DNA of 64,000 nucleotides from Escherichia coli (GTDB lineage Bacteria; Pseudomonadota; Gammaproteobacteria; Enterobacterales; Enterobacteriaceae): NCBI RefSeq assembly GCF_003334815.1, contig NZ_QOWO01000008.1; one strand, 5' to 3'. Shown piece by piece: positions 22,305 to 33,024 of this stretch (position 1 is its first letter; each line of letters starts with the position of its first letter). The notes under the pieces were generated by a model. It saw only the letters and a program-made list of their open reading frames with translations, ran no database searches and was not told where the DNA came from. The position numbers and the translations under genes were made by a program.

Positions 22305-23276
22305 GTGACCATTGCTATTGTTATAGGCACACATGGTTGGGCTGCAGAGCAGTTGCTTAAAACGGCAGAAATGCTGTTAGGCGAGCAGGAAAACGTCGGC
22401 TGGATCGATTTCGTTCCAGGTGAAAATGCCGAAACGCTGATTGAAAAGTACAACGCTCAGTTGGCAAAACTCGACACCACTAAAGGCGTGCTGTTTCTCG
22501 TTGATACATGGGGAGGCAGCCCGTTCAATGCTGCCAGCCGCATTGTCGTCGACAAAGAGCATTATGAAGTCATTGCAGGCGTTAACATTCCAATGCTCGT
22601 GGAAACGTTAATGGCCCGTGATGATGACCCAAGCTTTGATGAACTGGTGGCACTGGCAGTAGAAACAGGCCGTGAAGGCGTGAAAGCACTGAAAGCCAAA
22701 CCGGTTGAAAAAGCCGCGCCAGCACCCGCTGCCGCAGCACCAAAAGCGGCTCCAACTCCGGCAAAACCAATGGGGCCAAACGACTACATGGTTATTGGCC
22801 TTGCGCGTATCGACGACCGTCTGATTCACGGTCAGGTCGCCACCCGCTGGACCAAAGAAACCAATGTCTCCCGTATTATTGTTGTTAGTGATGAAGTGGC
22901 TGCGGATACCGTTCGTAAGACACTGCTCACCCAGGTTGCACCTCCGGGCGTAACAGCACACGTAGTTGATGTTGCCAAAATGATTCGCGTCTACAACAAC
23001 CCGAAATATGCTGGCGAACGCGTAATGCTGTTATTTACCAACCCAACAGATGTAGAGCGTCTCGTTGAAGGCGGCGTGAAAATCACCTCTGTTAACGTCG
23101 GTGGTATGGCATTCCGTCAGGGTAAAACCCAGGTGAATAACGCGGTTTCGGTTGATGAAAAAGATATCGAGGCGTTCAAGAAACTGAATGCGCGCGGTAT
23201 TGAGCTGGAAGTCCGTAAGGTTTCCACCGATCCGAAACTGAAAATGATGGATCTGATCAGCAAAATCGATAAGTAA
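22305..23276 (+). CDS. manX: PTS mannose-specific EIIAB component
   Basis: 323 aa, GTG start, Ala/Pro-rich linker between IIA and IIB domains. Confidence 0.94.
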   Translation: MTIAIVIGTHGWAAEQLLKTAEMLLGEQENVGWIDFVPGENAETLIEKYNAQLAKLDTTKGVLFLVDTWGGSPFNAASRIVVDKEHYEVIAGVNIPMLVETLMARDDDPSFDELVALAVETGREGVKALKAKPVEKAAPAPAAAAPKAAPTPAKPMGPNDYMVIGLARIDDRLIHGQVATRWTKETNVSRIIVVSDEVAADTVRKTLLTQVAPPGVTAHVVDVAKMIRVYNNPKYAGERVMLLFTNPTDVERLVEGGVKITSVNVGGMAFRQGKTQVNNAVSVDEKDIEAFKKLNARGIELEVRKVSTDPKLKMMDLISKIDK

Positions 23277-23338
23277 CGTATTGTGTTGATTATCACTCAG
23301 TTTTCACACTTAAGTCTTACGTAAACAGGAGAAGTACA

Positions 23339-24139
23339 ATGGAGATTACCACTCTTCAAATTGTGCTGGTATTTATCGTAGCCTGTATCGCAGGTATGGG
23401 ATCAATCCTCGATGAATTTCAGTTTCACCGTCCGCTAATCGCGTGTACCCTGGTGGGTATCGTTCTTGGGGATATGAAAACCGGTATTATTATCGGTGGT
23501 ACGCTGGAAATGATCGCGCTGGGCTGGATGAACATCGGTGCTGCAGTTGCGCCTGACGCCGCTCTGGCTTCTATCATTTCTACCATTCTGGTTATCGCAG
23601 GTCATCAGAGCATTGGTGCAGGTATCGCACTGGCAATCCCTCTGGCCGCTGCGGGCCAGGTACTGACCATCATCGTTCGTACTATTACCGTTGCTTTCCA
23701 GCACGCTGCGGATAAGGCTGCTGATAACGGCAACCTGACAGCGATTTCCTGGATCCACGTTTCTTCTCTGTTCCTGCAAGCAATGCGTGTGGCTATTCCG
23801 GCCGTCATCGTTGCGCTGTCTGTTGGTACCAGCGAAGTACAGAACATGCTGAATGCGATTCCGGAAGTGGTGACCAATGGTCTGAATATCGCCGGTGGCA
23901 TGATCGTGGTGGTTGGTTATGCGATGGTTATCAACATGATGCGTGCTGGCTACCTGATGCCGTTCTTCTACCTCGGCTTCGTAACCGCAGCATTCACCAA
24001 CTTTAACCTGGTTGCTCTGGGTGTGATTGGTACTGTTATGGCAGTGCTCTACATCCAACTTAGCCCGAAATACAACCGCGTAGCCGGTGCGCCTGCTCAG
24101 GCAGCTGGTAACAACGATCTCGATAACGAACTGGACTAA
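23339..24139 (+). CDS. manY: PTS mannose-specific EIIC component
   Basis: 266 aa polytopic membrane protein. Confidence 0.94.
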   Translation: MEITTLQIVLVFIVACIAGMGSILDEFQFHRPLIACTLVGIVLGDMKTGIIIGGTLEMIALGWMNIGAAVAPDAALASIISTILVIAGHQSIGAGIALAIPLAAAGQVLTIIVRTITVAFQHAADKAADNGNLTAISWIHVSSLFLQAMRVAIPAVIVALSVGTSEVQNMLNAIPEVVTNGLNIAGGMIVVVGYAMVINMMRAGYLMPFFYLGFVTAAFTNFNLVALGVIGTVMAVLYIQLSPKYNRVAGAPAQAAGNNDLDNELD

Positions 24140-24142
24140 CAG

Positions 24143-25003
24143 GTGAGCGAAATGGTTGATACAACTCAAACTACCACCGAGAAAAAACTCACTCAAAGTG
24201 ATATTCGTGGCGTCTTCCTGCGTTCTAACCTCTTCCAGGGTTCATGGAACTTCGAACGTATGCAGGCACTGGGTTTCTGCTTCTCTATGGTACCGGCAAT
24301 TCGTCGCCTCTACCCTGAGAACAACGAAGCTCGTAAACAAGCTATTCGCCGTCACCTGGAGTTCTTTAACACCCAGCCGTTCGTGGCTGCGCCGATTCTC
24401 GGCGTAACCCTGGCGCTGGAAGAACAGCGTGCTAATGGCGCAGAGATCGACGACGGTGCTATCAACGGTATCAAAGTCGGTTTGATGGGGCCACTGGCTG
24501 GTGTAGGCGACCCGATCTTCTGGGGAACCGTACGTCCGGTATTTGCAGCACTGGGTGCCGGTATCGCGATGAGCGGCAGCCTGTTAGGTCCGCTGCTGTT
24601 CTTCATCCTGTTTAACCTGGTGCGTCTGGCAACCCGTTACTACGGCGTAGCGTATGGTTACTCCAAAGGTATCGATATCGTTAAAGATATGGGTGGTGGC
24701 TTCCTGCAAAAACTGACGGAAGGGGCGTCTATCCTCGGCCTGTTTGTCATGGGGGCATTGGTTAACAAGTGGACACATGTCAACATCCCGCTGGTTGTCT
24801 CTCGCATTACTGACCAGACGGGCAAAGAACACGTTACTACTGTCCAGACTATTCTGGACCAGTTAATGCCAGGCCTGGTACCACTGCTGCTGACCTTTGC
24901 TTGTATGTGGCTACTGCGCAAAAAAGTTAACCCGCTGTGGATCATCGTTGGCTTCTTCGTCATCGGTATCGCTGGTTACGCTTGCGGCCTGCTGGGACTG
25001 TAA
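24143..25003 (+). CDS. manZ: PTS mannose-specific EIID component
   Basis: 286 aa from ORF-track start; an alternative ATG at 24152 gives 283 aa. Confidence 0.9.
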   Translation: MSEMVDTTQTTTEKKLTQSDIRGVFLRSNLFQGSWNFERMQALGFCFSMVPAIRRLYPENNEARKQAIRRHLEFFNTQPFVAAPILGVTLALEEQRANGAEIDDGAINGIKVGLMGPLAGVGDPIFWGTVRPVFAALGAGIAMSGSLLGPLLFFILFNLVRLATRYYGVAYGYSKGIDIVKDMGGGFLQKLTEGASILGLFVMGALVNKWTHVNIPLVVSRITDQTGKEHVTTVQTILDQLMPGLVPLLLTFACMWLLRKKVNPLWIIVGFFVIGIAGYACGLLGL

Positions 25004-25018
25004 GACTGTTGTACACTA

Positions 25019-25045
25019 CCGGGGCCTTTTGGCCCCGTTTTTTTA
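25019..25045 (+). terminator. Intrinsic terminator of manXYZ
   Basis: CCGGGGCCTTTTGGCCCCG hairpin plus T7. Confidence 0.7.
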
Positions 25046-25057
25046 TCTGGAGGATTA

Positions 25058-25516
25058 ATGACAATCACGGACCTGGTACTGATTCTTTTCATCGCCGCAC
25101 TCCTGGCCTTCGCGATCTACGATCAGTTCATCATGCCCCGCCGTAACGGCCCCACCCTGCTGGCAATTCCTTTGCTCCGGCGTGGTCGCATCGATAGCGT
25201 TATCTTCGTCGGATTGATTGTCATTCTTATCTATAACAACGTCACGAATCATGGTGCGTTAATAACGACATGGTTATTAAGCGCACTGGCTCTGATGGGT
25301 TTTTATATATTCTGGATCCGCGTTCCGAAGATCATCTTTAAACAAAAAGGTTTTTTCTTCGCCAATGTCTGGATTGAATATAGCCGAATCAAAGCGATGA
25401 ACTTGTCGGAAGATGGCGTGTTGGTGATGCAATTAGAACAGCGTCGGCTGTTAATCCGCGTTCGAAATATCGACGATCTGGAAAAAATTTATAAGCTTCT
25501 CGTTTCAACTCAATAA
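25058..25516 (+). CDS. yobD: UPF0266 inner membrane protein
   Basis: 152 aa, hydrophobic. Confidence 0.85.
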
Positions 25517-25704
25517 GTTATGAATTTAGCCAAAGCTATGTTTAGTGTATTTTTAATAATCAGACATAGCTTAGGCTATATTACCTCTTCCCTTATTTGT
25601 TATTTATTTTAACGTTTCATTGATATATAAATCCAAATGAAAATCGTTATCAATAAAGCAATGAAATAATATATTCCAACAGTTGTTTTATATTCTCAAA
25701 ATAT

Positions 25705-25835
25705 GTTAAGGTTGCGCCCTCATTTGGGGAGTAGCCGATTTCCAGATTCCGGAAATGTACGTGTCAACATACTCGTTGCAAAACGTGGCACGTACGGACT
25801 GAATACTTTCAGTCAGGCGAGACCATATGCACATC
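25705..25835 (+). promoter_or_regulatory. yybP-ykoY family Mn2+ riboswitch in mntP leader
   Basis: Conserved GGGGAGUAG (25726-25734) and CAGGCGAGACC (25814-25823) elements in a long 5' leader upstream of mntP. Confidence 0.6.
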
Positions 25836-25944
25836 AATCGCTATGCCTGCATGAACGCGAAAACCATCACGGCTTGTTGTTCATGTATGCATGTTTGCTG
25901 GGGGCGATGATGTGTTTTATGGATACCCCGGTCAGGACATTGTC

Positions 25945-26511
25945 ATGAATATCACTGCTACTGTTCTTCTTGCGTTTGGTATGTCGATGGATGCATTTGC
26001 TGCATCAATCGGTAAAGGTGCCACCCTCCATAAACCGAAATTTTCTGAAGCATTGCGAACCGGCCTTATTTTTGGTGCCGTCGAAACCCTGACGCCGCTG
26101 ATCGGCTGGGGAATGGGCATGTTAGCCAGCCGGTTTGTCCTTGAATGGAACCACTGGATTGCGTTTGTGCTGCTGATATTCCTCGGCGGGCGAATGATTA
26201 TTGAGGGTTTTCGTGGCGCAGATGATGAAGATGAAGAGCCGCGCCGTCGACACGGTTTCTGGCTACTGGTAACCACCGCGATTGCCACCAGCCTGGATGC
26301 CATGGCTGTGGGTGTTGGTCTTGCTTTCCTGCAGGTCAACATTATCGCGACCGCATTGGCCATTGGTTGTGCAACCTTGATTATGTCAACATTAGGGATG
26401 ATGGTTGGTCGCTTTATCGGCTCAATTATTGGGAAAAAAGCGGAAATTCTCGGCGGGCTGGTGCTGATCGGCATCGGCGTCCAGATCCTCTGGACGCACT
26501 TCCACGGTTAA
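25945..26511 (+). CDS. mntP: Mn2+ efflux pump
   Basis: 188 aa from ATG 25945 ([21 protein letters not shown]...); ORF-track 206 aa form overlaps the leader. Confidence 0.9.
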
Positions 26512-27317
26512 TAAGAACGCTGCCAGAGGTGAATATTAAAGTCCGTCTGGCAGTCGAACACTTCTTTTGCTGCCAGTGTTTGCCAGACTTCTGGCTTCGC
26601 ACGCCAGGCAAACGGCGTCATCTGCAATAATGCGACGGCTTCATCACCGCGAAGACGCATCGGATAACACAACTCCGCACTCTGCTGTAATGTAAAACCT
26701 TCCAGTTGTTCTGCATGAGGTGCATGAAGATGTACTTCATTGTAAATCAGCCCCTTCAGCTCCATCAAATGTCGCGGTCCCGGCGTGGCAGTAATGACCC
26801 AGCCGCCGGGCTTCACTACTCGTGCTAATTCTTCTGCTTTACACGGCGCGTAAATACGTATTATGGCGTCCATACTGGTATCGGAAAACGGCAAACGGTG
26901 GCTGGAAGCGACACAAAAAGTGACCTGCGGATAGCGTTTCGCCGCCGCTTTTATCGCTACCTTCGAAACATCCAGACCAAACGTGGTGATTTCGGGCAAC
27001 GCATCGGCAAATGTGTGTGTGTAATACCCTTCACCACAGCCAATATCCAGCACCGCCGTGGCCTTATCATCAAGCCGTTCCCTCAGTTGGGCGACAATTG
27101 CATCACGCAGCGGCTGATAATGTCCGGCATCTAAGAATGCGCGGCGTGCTTGCATCATTTCCGCGCTGTCGCCCGGATCACGAGACCGTTTATGCTGAAC
27201 GGGCAGCAGATTGACATACCCTTCTTTCGCCATATCAAACTGATGTCGCTGGGGACAGATATAGCTGTTTTTTTCACGCGAAAGAGGCTGATGGCAAAGT
27301 GGACAGGAAAAAGACAT
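26508..27317 (-). CDS. rlmA: 23S rRNA (guanine745-N1)-methyltransferase
   Basis: 269 aa, N-terminal Zn-binding Cys cluster plus SAM methyltransferase fold. Confidence 0.9.
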
Positions 27318-27410
27318 GACAACTCCGGCAGGATACTAAAGGCCGCAAGTGTAACGCGAATCACGCGGCGGGCAAATATCCGAACGCCAGGAGCGAAGAT
27401 AAAGCATAGT

Positions 27411-27434
27411 AAAAAGCCTCGCATTCGACGAGGC
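27411..27434 (-). terminator. Intrinsic terminator after cspC
   Basis: GCCTCGTCGAATGCGAGGC hairpin followed by U5 on the minus strand. Confidence 0.6.
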
Positions 27435-27482
27435 TTTATAGCGAGATTGAAGCGTATTCACACTTCAGATCAGTGGATTCGA

Positions 27483-27692
27483 TCAGATAGCTGTTACGTT
27501 AACAGCTGCCGGACCTTTCTGGCCGTCCTGAATTTCGAACTCAACGTTCTGACCTTCAGCCAGAGTTTTGAAGCCATTACCCTGGATAGCGGAGAAGTGT
27601 ACGAACACATCTTTGCTGCCATCAGCCGGAGTAATGAAGCCAAAACCTTTAGACTCGTTGAACCACTTAACCTGACCTTTAATCTTTGCCAT
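27483..27692 (-). CDS. cspC: Cold-shock-domain protein CspC
   Basis: 69 aa, RNP1/RNP2 motifs (KGFGFI, VFVHF). Confidence 0.95.
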
Positions 27693-27704
27693 TTGAAAAA
27701 TTCC

Positions 27705-27848
27705 TTAGATTGTTTTCTTCGCCCGCAGGCATAACATAGATAAAACTGACACATTACTGCATGAGGCACCAATATAAGGCTCGGCAGAGAAGCGGTATTC
27801 AACGTCAACGTGTTTACTCAGGACTTCTTTACTGAAAATGCCACACAT
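27705..27848 (-). CDS. yobF: Small stress-induced protein YobF
   Basis: 47 aa minus-strand ORF ([24 protein letters not shown]...), hand-translated, directly upstream of cspC. Confidence 0.82.
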
Positions 27849-28517
27849 AAACAGAACTGTACCTCGTTTAACCCGAAATCTGTTATCACATACAACGTTA
27901 ATTATGGCAAGCCATTTTTAAACATGTCTCGATCAGACGCACAAATCTCGATACGTCTTCCACTTTTTTTGCACACTTATGCAACGGAATACGCGCCGAT
28001 ATATCATTGTGCTTAACCTTGCCAGTTCAGGCAGATACTTAAACTGGCGTATTTTCTAACATAGTTCAATAAGTTCAGTTGTTCCAGGCCAGTGGGAGAA
28101 GTTATTACATAGTGCGTGCAATATCACATTTTTTGCTATGCAATGAATAAAAAGTTATATCACTTTTTCTCATAAAACAGTCAGTTAACGGCTATTAATT
28201 ACCCTAAAGAGAAGTCAATCCCCAAAGGGATTGTAAATTTAAAATAAGAAAAATTGATGAATGAGCAAAAAAATCAAGAGAGAAACGTTTCGCTAATAAA
28301 TAATACCACGCTTAATCACAAATCCGATGTAAACATCCTAATAAATTAATGGGGTAAATATCTTTTTCTGATATCCCGTTACGCAAATAAATAATATGAT
28401 AATTATTTGAAGTCAGACCAGAGTTTTAATTTGAAGCAGTTGCACCATGACAGTGCGTATAATCAGGATGAATTGAGTAACCCTTCAACGACGGGGTTAC
28501 TCAAGATTGAGGAAGGA

Positions 28518-28805
28518 TTATCGTTCGGCGACCAGACGAATAATATCTTCGTCTTCAACCGATTTTTGACTCTCAACGGTCTTTTTATCTGCTTTCTCTG
28601 GTTCGTTTGCTTCGCACAAACGACGTAACAGTGCATTTTGACGTTTTTGCTGATCCAGCAACGCCTCAAGCAGTTCAATCTGTTCGTTAGTCCGTGAACT
28701 GGCACGATTGATAAAAAACCACAAGATGAGCCCGATAAGAAGAACCACCACCGATACAACCAAAGACGCAATGTTCATCACGCCTGAATTTACAACTTCG
28801 TTCAT
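28518..28805 (-). CDS. yebO: Small membrane protein YebO
   Basis: 95 aa, one N-terminal TM helix. Confidence 0.88.
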   Translation of the reverse strand: MNEVVNSGVMNIASLVVSVVVLLIGLILWFFINRASSRTNEQIELLEALLDQQKRQNALLRRLCEANEPEKADKKTVESQKSVEDEDIIRLVAER

Positions 28806-28879
28806 TTCACCACCTCTGAGTAGAGGCGCTATTCTACCACTGCTGGAGAGGAAGAAAATCTAGTGCTGAAAAAATGATA

Positions 28880-29023
28880 TCACCACGGGATAAACTGGTT
28901 AATGGCACAAATTCCGCTGAAAAATTGTACATCCTGATCGCACATCATGTTGAATACCTGCGCCCAAAGCAGCAAGCAAGCCAACACCACGACAACCAGA
29001 ACGACCCATCGAAACTTTTTCAC
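28880..29023 (-). CDS. mgrB: PhoQ-inhibitory small membrane protein MgrB
   Basis: 47 aa from GTG at 29023 ([25 protein letters not shown]...IPW), SD GGAG upstream; hand-translated. Confidence 0.88.
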
Positions 29024-29072
29024 TCCAATCTCCGTTTCACCTACCTTATGTCATTAAACTAGCATGCGTTAG

Positions 29073-29090
29073 TTAAACAGCGCCTAACTA
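29073..29090 (-). promoter_or_regulatory. Candidate PhoP box in mgrB promoter (TAGTTA-N5-TGTTTA)
   Basis: Direct hexamer repeat with 5-nt spacer on the minus strand about 50-70 nt upstream of the mgrB start. Confidence 0.45.
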
Positions 29091-29181
29091 TGTCGATATT
29101 CGTGCTTTTTCGGAATGAGTCGCTTGCTTCAGCGCATATTGCCGCTACGATTAAGCGAACATAAAAAGAGAAGAGGTTGTA

Positions 29182-29421
29182 ATGCGATTCATCATTCGCA
29201 CAGTTATGCTGATAGCACTGGTATGGATAGGATTATTACTCAGCGGATATGGCGTTTTGATTGGAAGCAAAGAGAATGCCGCAGGATTAGGTTTGCAATG
29301 TACCTATCTGACTGCCAGAGGCACCAGCACGGTACAATACTTGCACACTAAAAGTGGTTTTTTGGGGATAACAGATTGCCCGCTGTTACGCAAAAGCAAT
29401 ATCGTGGTCGATAATGGTTAA
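29182..29421 (+). CDS. yobH: Small membrane protein YobH
   Basis: 79 aa with N-terminal TM segment. Confidence 0.82.
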   Translation: MRFIIRTVMLIALVWIGLLLSGYGVLIGSKENAAGLGLQCTYLTARGTSTVQYLHTKSGFLGITDCPLLRKSNIVVDNG

Positions 29422-29564
29422 GGGCAATAAATAACCAGATTCTCACTCCTGAGTAAAATACTCTTATAGCAAGCGCGTTTAATATAACGCCACCTTCAAC
29501 TTTATTTTTCTCATGCTAAATAAAGAACCTGTCTGTTTGATATTCCGACAGGTTCTTACTCTCA

Positions 29565-30356
29565 TCAGAACGGATAGTCGTGATAACCCATTTGGGCAGA
29601 AATTTTGCGCGCTGCGGTATGCAACATTGCGACATATTCCTGTAAACGCTCTTCAGAGAAACGCAACGTCGGGAAGGAGATGCTCAAACCGGCAATGACC
29701 ACGCCAAAGCGATCAAATACCGGTACCGCAATGCATCGCAGCCCTTCTTCCTGCTCTTCATTATCTTCGCCATACCCCTGCTCGCGCACCTGGTCCAGAA
29801 CGGGTAATAACGCTTCTGTACTGGTGATGGTCCGCTCGGTACTGCGTTTATACTCCACGCCCTCAAGAATTTGCTTCACTTCATCGCGATCGCGCCATGC
29901 CAGCAGTACCTTACCAATCGCGGTGCTGTACAGCGGATTACGACGCCCAATCCGTGAATACATGCGCAAATTGTACATAGAGTCAATTTTGTGAATGTAA
30001 ACAATACTGTCTTCGTCCAGTGCGCCGAGGTGGATAGTTTCTTTGGTCAGGCGGGAGAGCTCACGCATCTGGATATCTGCGCTACGAATTAAATCGACGT
30101 TTTGTAACGCGCGAGCGCCCAGTTCAAACAATTTCAGGGTCAGGGAATATTTCTCCGACTCCCCTTCCTGCGCCACATAACCTAAGGTTTTCATGGTCTG
30201 TAAAAAGCGATAAACGGTGCTTTTTGACATCATGACGCGCTGCGACAGCTCGGTTATCCCTATTTCGCGCTCTTCACCCAGCGCCTGCAAAATGCCAAAA
30301 ACTTTTAGCACGGAAGATACAGAATCAGGCTGTTTATCCAGATCTGCGTTAGCCAT
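29565..30356 (-). CDS. kdgR: IclR-family repressor of 2-keto-3-deoxygluconate / pectin catabolism
   Basis: 263 aa IclR-type HTH regulator. Confidence 0.93.
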   Translation of the reverse strand: MANADLDKQPDSVSSVLKVFGILQALGEEREIGITELSQRVMMSKSTVYRFLQTMKTLGYVAQEGESEKYSLTLKLFELGARALQNVDLIRSADIQMRELSRLTKETIHLGALDEDSIVYIHKIDSMYNLRMYSRIGRRNPLYSTAIGKVLLAWRDRDEVKQILEGVEYKRSTERTITSTEALLPVLDQVREQGYGEDNEEQEEGLRCIAVPVFDRFGVVIAGLSISFPTLRFSEERLQEYVAMLHTAARKISAQMGYHDYPF

Positions 30357-30532
30357 TTATCACCTCATTGCGAGTGTTTTATAAAAATCAGAACTGTTTT
30401 TTATTATAATTTCGCACCAGGGTGGTCGCAATCCATCTTTTGCCGGTTAGTTACAATTCTGCGACATCCACCGTGAATATCAGTGCTAGAATCATACCCC
30501 TGTTGATTATTCACCAAAGATATAAAATTCCT

Positions 30533-31906
30533 ATGCCAAAAGTTCAGGCCGACGGCCTGCCATTGCCCCAGCGATACGGTGCGATATTAACCATTGTGAT
30601 TGGTATTTCGATGGCCGTCCTTGACGGCGCAATCGCCAACGTCGCCCTGCCAACAATCGCCACGGACCTTCATGCCACGCCAGCCAGTTCCATCTGGGTA
30701 GTGAACGCCTATCAAATCGCCATTGTCATCTCCCTGCTCTCGTTTTCGTTTCTGGGCGATATGTTTGGCTATCGACGTATTTATAAATGCGGTCTGGTCG
30801 TTTTTCTGTTGTCTTCACTGTTCTGCGCCCTTTCTGATTCGCTGCAAATGCTCACCCTTGCGCGTGTCATACAAGGTTTCGGCGGTGCAGCGTTGATGAG
30901 CGTTAATACCGCACTTATCCGCCTGATCTATCCACAACGTTTTCTGGGTAGAGGGATGGGCATAAACTCGTTTATTGTTGCCGTCTCTTCTGCTGCCGGG
31001 CCGACAATTGCTGCAGCAATCCTCTCCATCGCATCCTGGAAATGGTTATTTTTAATCAACGTACCGTTAGGTATTATCGCCCTGCTTCTGGCGATGCGTT
31101 TTCTGCCACCCAATGGTTCTCGCGCCAGTAAACCCCGTTTCGACCTGCCCAGCGCCGTGATGAACGCGTTAACCTTCGGCCTGCTTATCACTGCGTTGAG
31201 TGGTTTCGCTCAGGGGCAATCGCTGACGTTAATTGCTGCGGAACTGGTGGTAATGGTTGTTGTTGGTATTTTCTTTATTCGCCGCCAGCTTTCTCTTCCC
31301 GTACCGCTGCTACCGGTGGATTTACTGCGTATCCCGCTGTTTTCACTTTCTATTTGCACATCTGTTTGCTCTTTCTGCGCACAAATGCTGGCAATGGTTT
31401 CCCTGCCCTTTTACCTGCAAACCGTGCTCGGGCGTAGTGAAGTCGAAACAGGTTTACTTCTGACACCGTGGCCGTTAGCAACGATGGTGATGGCTCCGCT
31501 GGCAGGCTATTTGATTGAACGCGTACATGCAGGATTGCTGGGGGCTTTAGGGTTGTTCATCATGGCTGCGGGGCTTTTTTCCCTGGTTCTGCTGCCCGCG
31601 TCACCTGCGGATATCAATATTATCTGGCCGATGATCTTATGTGGTGCTGGATTTGGCTTATTCCAGTCACCCAATAACCACACCATTATTACCTCCGCGC
31701 CTCGCGAACGTAGCGGTGGAGCCAGTGGCATGTTAGGAACGGCTCGTCTACTGGGTCAGAGTAGCGGCGCGGCGCTGGTGGCGCTGATGCTAAATCAGTT
31801 TGGAGATAATGGTACACACGTCTCGCTGATGGCTGCGGCTATTCTGGCAGTGATTGCTGCCTGTGTCAGTGGTTTACGTATCACTCAGCCACGATCCAGG
31901 GCATAA
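30533..31906 (+). CDS. yebQ: MFS transporter (drug/H+ antiporter-like)
   Basis: 457 aa from ATG 30533 (MPKVQADGLPLPQ...), 14-TM MFS topology. Confidence 0.85.
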   Translation: MPKVQADGLPLPQRYGAILTIVIGISMAVLDGAIANVALPTIATDLHATPASSIWVVNAYQIAIVISLLSFSFLGDMFGYRRIYKCGLVVFLLSSLFCALSDSLQMLTLARVIQGFGGAALMSVNTALIRLIYPQRFLGRGMGINSFIVAVSSAAGPTIAAAILSIASWKWLFLINVPLGIIALLLAMRFLPPNGSRASKPRFDLPSAVMNALTFGLLITALSGFAQGQSLTLIAAELVVMVVVGIFFIRRQLSLPVPLLPVDLLRIPLFSLSICTSVCSFCAQMLAMVSLPFYLQTVLGRSEVETGLLLTPWPLATMVMAPLAGYLIERVHAGLLGALGLFIMAAGLFSLVLLPASPADINIIWPMILCGAGFGLFQSPNNHTIITSAPRERSGGASGMLGTARLLGQSSGAALVALMLNQFGDNGTHVSLMAAAILAVIAACVSGLRITQPRSRA

Positions 31907-31937
31907 AAAAAGCGCGTCGATCAGGACGCGCTTTTTA
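31905..31937. terminator. Bidirectional intrinsic terminator between yebQ and htpX
   Basis: AGCGCGTCGATCAGGACGCGCT hairpin flanked by A6 and T5. Confidence 0.6.
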
Positions 31938-31951
31938 GTATTTACTTCATA

Positions 31952-32833
31952 TTACTTCAGGTATTCACCCGTACGCAGAGCTTCAATTCGTTTATCCAGC
32001 GGCGGGTGGGTCATGAACAACTCACTGAGCGATTTCGACTTACCGTTAATGCAGAGAGCCATCATGCTGGTTGCTTCTTGCGGTTCATAGCTGGTTTTCA
32101 GGCGCTGCAGCGCGGCAATCATTTTCTCGCGACCAACCAGTTTTGCCGAACCGGCATCAGCATGGAATTCACGATGACGCGAGAACCACATGGTGATAAT
32201 GCTCGCCAGAATACCAAACACCAGTTCCAGAACCGTTGCAACCGCAAAGTAGATCAGCGGGTTGCCGTTGCTCTCTTCACCTTCATCACGATTTCCGCCC
32301 ATAAAACCCGCGGCAAGCTGCGCCAGAATACGGGAAATAAAGATAACGAAGGTGTTCACCACGCCCTGAATCAGCGTCATGGTGACCATATCACCATTGG
32401 CGATGTGGCTGATTTCGTGAGCAATTACCGCCTCGGCTTCATCCGGGCTCATGTTCTGCAGCAAACCGGTGCTGACAGCAACCAGAGAGGCATCACGGCG
32501 CGCACCGGTTGCAAAAGCGTTGATGTCCGGCGCATGGTAGATAGCCACTTGCGGCATAGCGATCCCCGCCTGACGAGCCTGGGTTGCTACAGTATTGACC
32601 AGCCAACGTTCCCTTTCGTTACGCGGTTGCTCGATCACTTCCCCGCCAACAGATCGTAATGCCATCCATTTGGACATCAGAAGCGAAACGAAGGAACCAC
32701 CAAAACCGAACAGCAAGGCCATGATCATCAGCCCCTGAACGCTGCTCGACTGTATCCCTGTCAGGCTCAGTACCAGCCCGAAAACGACCATTACGGCCAG
32801 GTTCGTTAGCAGGAAGAGCGCGATTCGCATCAT
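31952..32833 (-). CDS. htpX: Heat-shock membrane zinc metalloprotease HtpX
   Basis: 293 aa, HEISH zinc motif ([11 protein letters not shown]). Confidence 0.94.
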   Translation of the reverse strand: MMRIALFLLTNLAVMVVFGLVLSLTGIQSSSVQGLMIMALLFGFGGSFVSLLMSKWMALRSVGGEVIEQPRNERERWLVNTVATQARQAGIAMPQVAIYHAPDINAFATGARRDASLVAVSTGLLQNMSPDEAEAVIAHEISHIANGDMVTMTLIQGVVNTFVIFISRILAQLAAGFMGGNRDEGEESNGNPLIYFAVATVLELVFGILASIITMWFSRHREFHADAGSAKLVGREKMIAALQRLKTSYEPQEATSMMALCINGKSKSLSELFMTHPPLDKRIEALRTGEYLK

Positions 32834-33024
32834 AATTTTCTTTTTACCTCAGTTTAACAAAACGCAATATGCGATACCCACATCGTATGGGTTACGCGAC
32901 TATTTTCAAGTCTGGATAGTGCGTAAGTCACCAGAAAGACACAACTTTACATTTTGTAGCATCTGATTTACGGCATCTTGTCGCTGTTAAAAAATCAGGC
33001 ACAATTTCTTGTGCCTGATTGATA

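Noticed and set aside
25703-25948. 81 aa ORF in the mntP leader
   Set aside because: It overlaps the Mn-riboswitch aptamer; the reading frame is more likely incidental than a coding uORF.
28477-28506. Hairpin GAGTAACCC...GGGTTACTC just downstream of yebO
   Set aside because: No U-tract on either strand, so not called as an intrinsic terminator.
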